A stretch of DNA of 64,000 nt from Vulcanimicrobiota bacterium (GTDB lineage: Bacteria > Vulcanimicrobiota > Xenobia > Xenobiales > JADMJV01), in assembly GCA_050250895.1 (NCBI GenBank), contig JBFWNU010000001.1:936008-1000007 (forward strand), read 5' to 3'. Position 1 is the first letter of the stretch, and every line of letters starts with the position of its first letter. The notes below the pieces were generated by a model that did no database searches, was not told the DNA's origin, and worked only from the letters and a program-made list of their open reading frames with translations. The translations under genes were made by a program, and so were the position numbers. This document shows, in pieces, positions 1 through 8,792 of the stretch.

Positions 1-80
1 TTCACCCCGAACTTAGCGGCGACTTGCGCTTTCACCGCTACTTCATCGAGATGATCAAGAACGCCAACGTGCCGGCCTGA
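1..80 (+). CDS. pdxT: 3' end of pyridoxal 5'-phosphate synthase glutaminase subunit (partial)
   Basis: Frame from nt 3 reads (F)HPELSGDLRFHRYFIEMIK, matching the FHPEL.xDxRxHxxF C-terminus of SNO/PdxT; stop TGA at 78-80. Confidence 0.75.
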   Translation, partial: HPELSGDLRFHRYFIEMIKNANVPA

Positions 81-935
81 GTGAGCGACCGGCGCTTTGG
101 CCTTCTGATCACCGGGCTGGGGGTCTTGTGTCTGACCCCTGACGCTCTTTTGGTTCGGCTCATCAGCTGCGATCCGTTCACCCTGCTCTTCTGGCGGGGG
201 GTCTTGATGAGCCTCGGGCTATCGGTCTATTTCGTCGTTCAGGGCCAGCTGCCGAAGGCCGGTCTCAAGCCCCTACTGGCCGGAGGATTTCTAGCCTGCA
301 GCACGACCTGCTTCGTGCTCTCGCTGCAACTGACCCAGGCGGCCAACACCCTCATCATCATCGCCACCTCGCCCCTGCTGGCGGCCATCTTTGCGCGCCT
401 CTTTCTCAAAGAAACGGTGCGCCGCGAGACGGCTCTGGCCATCGCCGTGGCCATGGCCGGCGTCGGGCTATCCGTTTCCGGTTCGTGGGCCCGGGGCAGC
501 CTGGTGGGCGACCTCTTCGCCGCCGGTAGCGCCGTCTGTATGGCCGGCCATTTCACCAGCCTGCGCTGGTGGCGCTCGGAGGAGGGCCCGGTGGCCGTGT
601 GGTGGGCCGGCTGGATGGCGGCCCTCATTGCCGTGCCGCGGGCCGCGCCCTTGAGCGTCGAACGGGTCGATGTCTTCTGGTTGGCTCTGTTGGGCCTGGT
701 GGTGCTGCCCACCGCCTTCGGGTTGATGGCGGTCGGTCCCCGCTATCTGTCGGCACCGGAGGTAGGCCTGATGCTGTTAGCCGAGACGGTGCTGGGCCCG
801 TTGTGGGTCTGGATGGTGCTCTCGGAACGGCCCGACCCGACCACCCTGATTGGGGGTCTGGTGGTCATCGCCACGCTGGCCGGGCACGCCCTAACGGTAC
901 CATCCGTCACGGAAGTCGAACCCGCCAGCGGCTAG
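81..935 (+). CDS. DMT/EamA family transporter
   Basis: About 10 hydrophobic segments; EamA-like motifs (ATSPLLAAIFARLFLKE, ETVLGPLWVWMVLSERP). Confidence 0.9.
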   Translation: MSDRRFGLLITGLGVLCLTPDALLVRLISCDPFTLLFWRGVLMSLGLSVYFVVQGQLPKAGLKPLLAGGFLACSTTCFVLSLQLTQAANTLIIIATSPLLAAIFARLFLKETVRRETALAIAVAMAGVGLSVSGSWARGSLVGDLFAAGSAVCMAGHFTSLRWWRSEEGPVAVWWAGWMAALIAVPRAAPLSVERVDVFWLALLGLVVLPTAFGLMAVGPRYLSAPEVGLMLLAETVLGPLWVWMVLSERPDPTTLIGGLVVIATLAGHALTVPSVTEVEPASG

Positions 936-945
936 GATAAGGTCT

Positions 946-1305
946 ATGAAGACCATCCAGATGCGAAAAGAATCCCGTCAACCCGTTCAGCTCGATGTGC
1001 GTTCGGTGGACATTCCCGGCTATCGCGCCGTGACCCGCGATCTGAGCTTCACCGGCGCTCAACTCGAGTATCGCTCGAACAGCCCGCTTACGCCCGAGCC
1101 CGGCCAGTCGTTGCACTTCGAAGTCGCCCTCGACGGACTGTTCTCGCGAGCCGCCGAAGGCCTGGCCCGGGTCGCCTGGGTCCGTCGCCACGGTAAAACC
1201 GTGCGTCTGGGGCTGACCTTCGAGCGCGTCGGGTCCTATTCAAGACAACTGCTCGACATGTTCACAAACAATTCACCTGAGGTTCTAGTGCGGAAAGTAG
1301 GCTGA
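946..1305 (+). CDS. Stand-alone PilZ domain protein
   Basis: RxxxR (RKESR) and DxSxxG (DLSFTG) c-di-GMP motifs; ARVAWVR...LGLTF. Confidence 0.85.
   Translation: MKTIQMRKESRQPVQLDVRSVDIPGYRAVTRDLSFTGAQLEYRSNSPLTPEPGQSLHFEVALDGLFSRAAEGLARVAWVRRHGKTVRLGLTFERVGSYSRQLLDMFTNNSPEVLVRKVG
1261..1303 (+). promoter_or_regulatory. Putative activator-dependent promoter (11-bp direct repeats plus -10)
   Basis: TTCAC at 1261 and 1272; TAGGCT at 1298 (26 nt after the second box); GGAGG RBS before ATG 1335. Confidence 0.55.
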
Positions 1306-1334
1306 GGGCAACACCACGCCAATCGGAGGTCCTC

Positions 1335-2228
1335 ATGATGATCATGAGCTGTGGGCGGCCCACCTCCCACCAACGCCCTCTCCAAAAAGTCGCTCCGCCC
1401 ACCGAGGCGAGCGCTAGCCCGATCGACCAGGTCGATCTAGATTTTCAGACTTCGCCGGCCGAGGCTCCTCCGAACCATACCCCCAAACTGGCCGCTCTGG
1501 CCGCCGGATGCCTGGGCCTGATGGCTGTGGCCGCCCCCCTGGCCGCCCAGGCCGCTCCCCCGCCTTGCAGCATCGGCATTCAAGTGCCTGGCCACGAGGT
1601 GGGCCAGCCCCTGGGCGAAGGCCAGCTCAAAGAGATGCGTCAGGCCGCTCGGGGACACGACTTCGACAGCCCCGAAGCCAGCCAGATCCGCAAGCGTTAC
1701 GCCAGCCACATCGACCGCCTCGAGGCTGACAGCAAGACCTTTACCCAAACGACCCAGAGTCTGCTGACCCGCGCTGCCAGCCTCGATGCCACCGGCCTGG
1801 CGGAGTATCCCGACGGCTCGCGTTTGAGCCGCGAGACCGAAGGCGAGACCGTTCGCTTGACCGCCCGCGACGCCAAAGGCAACCTGACCCGCTTGACCGA
1901 TACTCCCCAGTTTCGTCGGCTCGAGACCGGCAACCGCCGCCAGACCCTCTATCTGACCGACGGGCTGATGCACCGCCAGGGTGACTTCGTGAGCGAACGC
2001 TACGACGGCAGCCTGACCGTCAACCCTGCCAACCCGACCCGCATCGAATCCAAGAGCGTGATCCACGGCTTCGCCGGAGACATCATCCATCGCGAGATCT
2101 TCGAGAAGCCCGAACTCTCGATTGGGGTCTATCCTTCGCCCGAGTTCGCCTACCGGTCCCATTACCAGGACCAGAGCGGCAAGAGCGATAAGGTGCTGAC
2201 CATCTACAGCGACGGCTCGGTCCATTAG
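1335..2228 (+). CDS. Hypothetical exported protein with a Pro/Ser-rich leader followed by an internal signal-peptide-like segment
   Basis: GGAGG RBS; typical codon usage; LAALAAGCLGLMAVAAPLAAQA at about residues 52-73. Confidence 0.75.
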   Translation: MMIMSCGRPTSHQRPLQKVAPPTEASASPIDQVDLDFQTSPAEAPPNHTPKLAALAAGCLGLMAVAAPLAAQAAPPPCSIGIQVPGHEVGQPLGEGQLKEMRQAARGHDFDSPEASQIRKRYASHIDRLEADSKTFTQTTQSLLTRAASLDATGLAEYPDGSRLSRETEGETVRLTARDAKGNLTRLTDTPQFRRLETGNRRQTLYLTDGLMHRQGDFVSERYDGSLTVNPANPTRIESKSVIHGFAGDIIHREIFEKPELSIGVYPSPEFAYRSHYQDQSGKSDKVLTIYSDGSVH

Positions 2229-2235
2229 CCCCTCT

Positions 2236-3099
2236 ATGGCCGACTTTTCGAACGCGAAAGCCATACTGTACGCTCCCAACGGAGACGACCCCTGGACAGC
2301 CCTGGCCCGCACGACTCATCTGGGGGTGGGGGCCCATCCCGATGACCTCGAGTTCATGGGGTGGCACCCCATCCTCGACTGCTTTGACGATCCCCACAAG
2401 TGGTTCTCGGGGGTCATCGTCAGCGACGGCCGCTCGGCCCCGCGGGCCGGACGCTATGCCAGCCACGATGACGAGGCCATGGTCGAGGTACGCCGCAAGG
2501 AGCAACAGCACGCGGCCGTGACCGGGGAATACTCGGCCATGGCCTATCTGATGCACTCCGAGACGGGGCCGGTCATGGCCGGCCAGTTCGATCCGCTGGT
2601 GAGCGACCTCAAGATCGTGCTCGCAGCGGCCCGACCCGAGGTCATCTTCACCCATAACCTGGCCGATCGCCACCCCCACCACCTGGTGGTCTGCCTGGCC
2701 CTGCTGCGCGCCCTGCGCGCACTCGGCCCGGACTATCGCCCGCGACGCTTCTTCGGCGGCGAAGTGTGGCGAGGCCTCGACTGGCTGTCGACAGCCGACA
2801 AGCTGACCTTTAACGTCAGCCACCACCCCAACCTGACCGCCGCCTTGATGGGAGTCTTCGACTCACAAATCGAGGGAGGCAAGCGCTACGACCAGGCCAC
2901 CGCCGGTCGCAAAAAGGCCAACGCCACCTATCACGATCCCCTGACCACCGACCAGGCCGAAGCCCTGGAGTACGCCATGGATCTGATGCCATTGTTGGAG
3001 AACCCCGACCTGGACCCGGCCGACTACGTGGGGGGCCTCATCGACCGTTTTCGCCAGGAAGTCTGCTACAAGCTTCGGAACCCTGGCCAATGGAAGTAA
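2236..3099 (+). CDS. PIG-L/LmbE family deacetylase
   Basis: AHPDD motif, RxxE, THNLADRHPHH; overlaps nagB. Confidence 0.9.
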   Translation: MADFSNAKAILYAPNGDDPWTALARTTHLGVGAHPDDLEFMGWHPILDCFDDPHKWFSGVIVSDGRSAPRAGRYASHDDEAMVEVRRKEQQHAAVTGEYSAMAYLMHSETGPVMAGQFDPLVSDLKIVLAAARPEVIFTHNLADRHPHHLVVCLALLRALRALGPDYRPRRFFGGEVWRGLDWLSTADKLTFNVSHHPNLTAALMGVFDSQIEGGKRYDQATAGRKKANATYHDPLTTDQAEALEYAMDLMPLLENPDLDPADYVGGLIDRFRQEVCYKLRNPGQWK

Positions 3100-3863
3100 T
3101 CATCCTCGACTCGGACCGTCAGGTGGCCGAGATGGCGGCCGCCATCCTGGTAAAACAGGTCCAACAGAAACCCGATTCGGTCCTGGGTCTAGCCACCGGC
3201 TCGACCATGGTTGAAGTCTACGCCGGGCTCTGTCGCGCTCAACTCGATTTCTCGGGAGTACGGACCTTCAACCTCGACGAGTATGTCGGCCTGGCTCCGA
3301 CCCATCCCAGCTCGTACCACAGTTTCATGCGCGAGCATCTCTTCGAGAAGGTCAACCTCAAGCCCGAGAACTGTCGCGTTCCCGACGGGCTGGCGGGCGA
3401 CATTCCGGGACATTGCGCTGCCTACGAGCAAGCCATCGAGGCCGCAGGGGGCATCGACATCCAACTGTTGGGAATCGGAGAAGACGGGCATATCGCCTTC
3501 AATGAACCGGGGTCATCGCTGGCCTCGCGCACTCGCATCAAGGTCCTCACCCCGATCACCCGGGCCAGCAACGCCCGCCACTTTCCCCCGGGTGAGGAAG
3601 TGCCATTGCACGTGCTGACCATGGGTGTGGGCACCATCCTCGAGGCGCGACGCTGCCTCTTGCTGGCCTGGGGCGAAAAGAAGGCCGCGGCGATCCAGGC
3701 GATGGTGGAAGGCCCGGTCACGGCCATGTGCCCCTCGTCGGCTCTCCAGCTTCATCCCGTGGTCACGGTCATCCTGGATCGGCTGGCCGCTGACCGCCTC
3801 AGCCTCAAGGCCTATTTTCGCCGGGTCTATGAGACCAAGCCAGATTGGCAACGCGAGGTATAG
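3090..3863 (+). CDS. nagB: Glucosamine-6-phosphate deaminase
   Basis: LGLATGST, TFNLDEYVGL, LGIGEDGHIAFNEPG, LTMGVGTI. Confidence 0.97.
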   Translation: MEVIILDSDRQVAEMAAAILVKQVQQKPDSVLGLATGSTMVEVYAGLCRAQLDFSGVRTFNLDEYVGLAPTHPSSYHSFMREHLFEKVNLKPENCRVPDGLAGDIPGHCAAYEQAIEAAGGIDIQLLGIGEDGHIAFNEPGSSLASRTRIKVLTPITRASNARHFPPGEEVPLHVLTMGVGTILEARRCLLLAWGEKKAAAIQAMVEGPVTAMCPSSALQLHPVVTVILDRLAADRLSLKAYFRRVYETKPDWQREV

Positions 3864-3892
3864 AGCCGGGGAAGAGCGGGTAGAACGTCCCT

Positions 3893-4615
3893 ATGTCCGA
3901 GGAAAAGCAAGAGAACTGGGTGAGCGACCTGGTGGCCGACCTCAAGGTCGTGCGGGTGGGCGATGCCATCAAGGAAAGCCTCATTTCCCTCAACCCCAAG
4001 AAGCGCAGCCAGTATTGGAAGAAGGAAGTCCAGGACTTCTACGGCTGGGACCAGCGCAACGATCCCGAGGTCTATCACAAGATCTGCACCGGTTGTCACA
4101 CGGCTGACGACTTCTACGCCAACACCGAGTCGGTGGTCTATCTGGCCGAGCCCACGTCCGACGACGAGTGCTTCAATATCGGCTGCGGAGCGGGACGAGT
4201 CGAGTTTCATCTAGCCCCCAAAGTGGCTCGTATTCACTCCGTCGACTTCTCGACCTCGATGGTCGAACTGGCCCGCGAGAAATGCTCGGTCCACTCCAAC
4301 GTGACCATCTCGCAGAACGACGGCGAGACTCTTCCGCTCGAGGACTCGGGCTACACCCTGGGTTGGTGTGAACTGGTTTTTCAGCATGTGCCGCGCCACG
4401 TGACCCAGGCCTACCTCCAAGAGGTGCACCGAGTCCTCAAGCCTGGGGGCCGCTTCATCTGCAACATCCCCAAGCTCTCGCGCTATGGCAACACCGTGAC
4501 CTGCGGCGGCCTGACCCGCCGCCAGACTCTGAAGATGGTGGAAGGCCTGTTCTCTGACGTGCAGGTGCTCGACCCCGACAACGTCTACCACCACGTGTTG
4601 CTGCTGAGGCGCTAG
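3893..4615 (+). CDS. Class I SAM-dependent methyltransferase
   Basis: IGCGAGR motif I, VDFS, VFQHV, RVLKPGGRF. Confidence 0.9.
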   Translation: MSEEKQENWVSDLVADLKVVRVGDAIKESLISLNPKKRSQYWKKEVQDFYGWDQRNDPEVYHKICTGCHTADDFYANTESVVYLAEPTSDDECFNIGCGAGRVEFHLAPKVARIHSVDFSTSMVELAREKCSVHSNVTISQNDGETLPLEDSGYTLGWCELVFQHVPRHVTQAYLQEVHRVLKPGGRFICNIPKLSRYGNTVTCGGLTRRQTLKMVEGLFSDVQVLDPDNVYHHVLLLRR

Positions 4616-7600
4616 TGCGTCGCCTGGTCATCATTGGGCTGCTGTGCCTGGGACTGGCCCCGGCCTGGGCCCAAACCGGCATGGAATGGGTCGAGCAGGC
4701 TCAACAAGCCGAGGCCGCCGGACAACTCGAGCCAGCGGTCAGAGCATGGGAGAAAGCCGCCGAGATCCTTTCGGACCCGGCGGCCAAAGCCACCGCTCTC
4801 TTCTTTCTGGGACGCGGTCAGATGCAGCTCGGCCGCCATGAAGAATCCTTACACTCCCTGCGTTCTTCGCTGGCCCTCTTTGACCAGCTCGACCGCGACG
4901 ATGGCCGGGCCATGGTCGAATCACAACTTGGCTATCTGTTCATCGAACTCCGGCGCGATGCCGAGGCCGAGGCTAGCTTAACCAACGCCCACGAAGCGGC
5001 CGAACGCTTTGGCGACGAGCGCCGCCAGCGTGAGGTCCTCAAGGCCCTGGCCGAGTTTTGCGACACCCGCCACCGCTGGCCAGAAGCGGCCCATTACTAT
5101 CGATTGCTGATCGAGCTCGAACGGGCGGCCGGCAACCCCCTGGCCGTGGCCGAAGCTCAGATCACCCTGGGAGCGATCGCCCAGCTGCAGTCTGACTATA
5201 CCAGCGCCGAGGCTTTGTATCGCGAGGCTCTGGCAGCCTTCGAACAAGCCGATCAGGCCGACCGCATCCAGCCACTGGTGGACCGCCTGGGTAGAATGCA
5301 TCTTCAATCTGAGCAGTTCGACCAGGCCAGCCAGGAATTCGCGCGGGTCATCGAACTGGCCCGCGCACGCGGCGACCGCCAGAAAGAAGCCGCCACTCTA
5401 GCCAACCTGGGTTATGCCGAGCAACGGGCCCACCACCGTGACCAGGCGGCCGAGGCCTATCGAGCCAGCCTGGACCTGTTCACCCAGTTGGGCGACGACG
5501 ACAACCGCCGGCTAATAGGGCGTCAACTCATCAAAGTGCTGAATGCGCCCGAACAAGCCCGGGCCGTCGACGAACTGTATCCTCGACCTGACCAGCTCCA
5601 GGCCGACCAGAGACTCGAGGCTGCCGGTCTGTGTTTGGAGCTGGGCCTGGTCGAGAAGGCCCAGACGTTTCTCGTCGCGCCCCCCGACGAAGGCCGGGCC
5701 GCCTTTCTCAATCGGGCCGGAATGCTGTGGTCCAAGTATTCTCGCTACGATCTGGCCCGCCCACTATTCGAGCAGGCTTTGGAGCTTGCCCAGGCCAGCA
5801 AGAATCGGGCCCTGGAGGCAAGCACGCACAACAACCTGGGCGAAATGGAACACTCGCTGGGGGCTCTGGATAGGTCTGAGATGAATTATCGCCTGGCCTA
5901 CGGGATCTTTGAGGAGCTTGGCGATCGCAGCTCGCTAGCCTATCTCTGCAACAACCTCGGGCAAATCTATTTCGATCAGGGGCGCTACCGCCAGGCCCTG
6001 CAAATTCTGGGCCGAGCCGAGAGCCTGGCCCTCGATCCCGCGGTCTTCGGCAAGCCCGTCCCCCTGGTGGGGACCGTCCTCAATGCCATGGGCCTCACCC
6101 ACGTCTTTCTCGGCCGCCCTCTCGATGCCGAGAACTATTACCAGAGGGCCCTGGCCGTGCGCAAGGCCCTCAACGACAGACGCGGCGAGGTGGTCACCCT
6201 CACCAATCTCGGAGCTCTGCATAGCGAGAGCAACAAACCCGAGCTGGCCATCGCCACTTCCCTCAAGGCTCTATCCCTGGCCCAGGAACTCAAGGATCCA
6301 AACCTGACCGCTAACCTTTACAATAACCTTGGCAGCCAGTACCAAAAGTCGGGCGATCTGGCCAGCGCCGAACAAGCATACAGCCAGGCCCTGGAACTGT
6401 TCCGCGAGATCGGCGCCCGGGGAAGCCAGGGCATCGCTCTCGACAATATCGGGTCGTTGCTATTGGAGCAAGACAAACTCGCCGAATCGAGCCAGCACCA
6501 TCGCCAGGCCATCGCCTTGCTGCAAGAGTCGGGTCAGCGCCTGCCTCTATGCAGCGCCTACGTCCATCTCGGACATAGCCTGTTGCGCAGCGAAAAGAAC
6601 GAAGAGGCCGACCTGGCCTTCCAAGAAGCCTCGGAATTACTCGAAGATCTCGCCCTGGGGCTGACCCCTCAGGATCGCGCTTCTTTCTTGCAACGGGCCA
6701 AAGACTTGCACGGATGGCGGATGCAGCTGATGCTCTCGCTCAACCAACAAGAGGCCGCCTTCACAATCAGCGAGCAGGCCCGCGCCCAGGAACTTCTGGC
6801 CATGCTGGCGGGGCGTGAGACCTCGCTCGAGGGCGTGCCCAGCGTCCTGGTCGAACGAGAGCGCACTCTGCGAGAAACCATCCGAGCCCTGGTGGCCGCC
6901 CCCTTCTCGCCCCACAACCGAACCGAACTCAACCGCTATAAGGAACTCTACCGAGTCGCTCTCCAGGAGATCGCCCGTTATCGGCCGGTGGCAGCCTCCG
7001 CCAGAAGTGCAGACGCGGCAGCTCCCAGGGACTTACGCGCCCAACTGGGTCCCGACCAGGCCATGATTTGCTTTTATCTTTTCGAGCGGAGCACGCTGGC
7101 GGCGGTGTTGACCTCACAAGACTTCCAGTTCTATCGCCTGCCCATGACCCCAAAGAGTCTGAAAAAGTCGGTGGCCCAGGTGCGTCGTCTGCTGGGTGAA
7201 CCGGGCACCGCGCCGGCCGCCGAGCAAGTGCTCCGAGAGTTGGGAGAGGGCCTGCTCGGGCCTCTCCAACAGGCGATCCAGGGCAAGTCCCATCTCATCA
7301 TCGTGCCCAGCGGGGATCTTCACTACCTTCCCTTCGCCTCGCTTCAATTGGGCGGCCGCTCGCTGGTCGAGGACTACCAGTTGGAAATCGCCGGCAGTGC
7401 TACCGCCTGGCTGCTCCTGCATAGCCGGCCCACTCAACCCGGCCCGGTGGCTGGCTTCGCCCTGGGCAACTACGACATCGATTGGACTCAATCGGCCGCC
7501 AATCCCGATGCCGAGCTGGGACTGGTCCGGGGCCAGAACTTCGCGGCTTTGCCGGGCACCCTGGCGGAACTCGAAGAACTCGAGAGGCTTTTTCCTGACG

Positions 7601-8088
7601 GCCGCGCCTTTCGCGGCCAGGAATTGACCGTCCGCAAGCTCGAGCAAGAAGCCGAATCGGCGGGGGTATTACACGTGGCCACACATGGAGTGCTGGATCG
7701 ACGCTACCCTTTGTTCTCGGGCCTGGTAGCCGCTGACGGGATGCTGACCGTGGGCGACATCTTCGAATGGAAGCGCGCTCCCTCGCTGGTGGTGCTCTCG
7801 GCCTGCCAGACCGGGCTGGGAGACGTGGCTGAGGGTGACGACATCGTAGGCCTCTCGCGCGCCTTTCAATACGCCGGGGCGCGCTCGCTGGTGGCTTCGC
7901 TATGGTCGGTCGACGACCGCTCGACGGCTGATTGGATGGGCTTTTTCTACCGCGAACTCCGGGCCGGCGCGACCACCGCCCAGGCCCATCGCGTAGCCAC
8001 TTTGAAAACCCGAGAAAGGTACCCCAATCCCTATTTCTGGGCACCCTTCATCCTCTATGGAGACGGCACCACCAGACTGGTTGAATAG
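4615..8088 (+). CDS. Secreted TPR-repeat protein with C-terminal CHAT (caspase-like) protease domain
   Basis: Signal peptide (..APAWA); many TPRs (NNLG repeats); HVATHG and LSACQTG catalytic His/Cys; SLWSVDD; PYFWAPF. Confidence 0.93.
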   Translation: MRRLVIIGLLCLGLAPAWAQTGMEWVEQAQQAEAAGQLEPAVRAWEKAAEILSDPAAKATALFFLGRGQMQLGRHEESLHSLRSSLALFDQLDRDDGRAMVESQLGYLFIELRRDAEAEASLTNAHEAAERFGDERRQREVLKALAEFCDTRHRWPEAAHYYRLLIELERAAGNPLAVAEAQITLGAIAQLQSDYTSAEALYREALAAFEQADQADRIQPLVDRLGRMHLQSEQFDQASQEFARVIELARARGDRQKEAATLANLGYAEQRAHHRDQAAEAYRASLDLFTQLGDDDNRRLIGRQLIKVLNAPEQARAVDELYPRPDQLQADQRLEAAGLCLELGLVEKAQTFLVAPPDEGRAAFLNRAGMLWSKYSRYDLARPLFEQALELAQASKNRALEASTHNNLGEMEHSLGALDRSEMNYRLAYGIFEELGDRSSLAYLCNNLGQIYFDQGRYRQALQILGRAESLALDPAVFGKPVPLVGTVLNAMGLTHVFLGRPLDAENYYQRALAVRKALNDRRGEVVTLTNLGALHSESNKPELAIATSLKALSLAQELKDPNLTANLYNNLGSQYQKSGDLASAEQAYSQALELFREIGARGSQGIALDNIGSLLLEQDKLAESSQHHRQAIALLQESGQRLPLCSAYVHLGHSLLRSEKNEEADLAFQEASELLEDLALGLTPQDRASFLQRAKDLHGWRMQLMLSLNQQEAAFTISEQARAQELLAMLAGRETSLEGVPSVLVERERTLRETIRALVAAPFSPHNRTELNRYKELYRVALQEIARYRPVAASARSADAAAPRDLRAQLGPDQAMICFYLFERSTLAAVLTSQDFQFYRLPMTPKSLKKSVAQVRRLLGEPGTAPAAEQVLRELGEGLLGPLQQAIQGKSHLIIVPSGDLHYLPFASLQLGGRSLVEDYQLEIAGSATAWLLLHSRPTQPGPVAGFALGNYDIDWTQSAANPDAELGLVRGQNFAALPGTLAELEELERLFPDGRAFRGQELTVRKLEQEAESAGVLHVATHGVLDRRYPLFSGLVAADGMLTVGDIFEWKRAPSLVVLSACQTGLGDVAEGDDIVGLSRAFQYAGARSLVASLWSVDDRSTADWMGFFYRELRAGATTAQAHRVATLKTRERYPNPYFWAPFILYGDGTTRLVE

Positions 8089-8103
8089 CTTGCGTCGCCT
8101 TTG

Positions 8104-8157
8104 TTAACAAAAGGTTTCCATTCTCCTCATCTTGAGGTCATCCCGGCCGCCTATGCT
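8104..8157 (+). promoter_or_regulatory. Putative activator-dependent promoter (11-bp direct repeats plus -10)
   Basis: TTAAC 8104, TTTCC 8115, CTCAT 8126, GTCAT 8137; TATGCT at 8152. Confidence 0.5.
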
Positions 8158-8179
8158 GAGATTCGAGGAGGTGTGCAAC

Positions 8180-8680
8180 ATGGAGAGACCTTATTCAGAA
8201 TTGGCCCGATGGTTGGTGGTGGTCGTCGTGGCGCTCGGCGCGGGCTTGTGGTTCGGCCGACCGGCTGACCCCGAACTAGCCCGGCGCATCCACCTGGAAG
8301 GCTATCTCAGGCACCGGGCCGAGGCGGCCATTCATGAACTGACCGGGGAACGCGCGCAGGTCGAAATCTCGGTCGAACTCGGCCAGGTGAAGGGCAAGCG
8401 CGAGAACTATCAGGCCGGGCCTGATAGTCGCATCCTGGTGGGCCGGCAGTCCAAGCGTGAACATCTAGAGTCCCAGTATGACAACGAGGTCATCAGCGAG
8501 AAATGGGAACCGACCGGTGACAGGCTCGTGGTTCAATACGAGGGGACCAACATCGTACGCATTCGTTGCCTGGTCATCACCAGGGCGGCTGACGACAACC
8601 GATTGCGAGAGGCCGTGGCGGCGGCTATCGGAATCGAACCGGCCCGGGGAGACCAGCTTCAGCTGTTGACTCCGAACTAG
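8180..8680 (+). CDS. Single-TM protein with FliF C-terminal/SpoIIIAG-like ring-building domain
   Basis: GAGGAGG RBS; N-terminal TM; LEGYLRHRAEAAIHELTGERAQVEISVEL and AAAIGIEPARGDQLQL resemble the FliF RBM3 ends. Confidence 0.6.
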   Translation: MERPYSELARWLVVVVVALGAGLWFGRPADPELARRIHLEGYLRHRAEAAIHELTGERAQVEISVELGQVKGKRENYQAGPDSRILVGRQSKREHLESQYDNEVISEKWEPTGDRLVVQYEGTNIVRIRCLVITRAADDNRLREAVAAAIGIEPARGDQLQLLTPN

Positions 8681-8704
8681 CCGTAGCGAGCAACCTGGTA
8701 TCTG

Positions 8705-8731
8705 GCCGCCGTCGCGAGACGGCGGCTTTTT
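8705..8731 (+). terminator. Rho-independent terminator
   Basis: GCCGCCGTC-GCGA-GACGGCGGC followed by TTTTT. Confidence 0.9.
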
Positions 8732-8740
8732 CTACGAACC

Positions 8741-8783
8741 GAAACACCACTGTAACAATTCGCTCGCCTGGCGAGCATACGGT
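8741..8783 (+). promoter_or_regulatory. Putative activator-dependent promoter (11-bp direct repeats plus -10)
   Basis: GAAAC 8741, GTAAC 8752; TACGGT at 8778. Confidence 0.5.
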
Positions 8784-8792
8784 CGATGGGCA

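Noticed and set aside
4085-4101. CxxCH (CTGCH) heme-c motif in the methyltransferase
   Set aside because: No signal peptide, so it is unlikely to meet cytochrome c maturation machinery; probably coincidental
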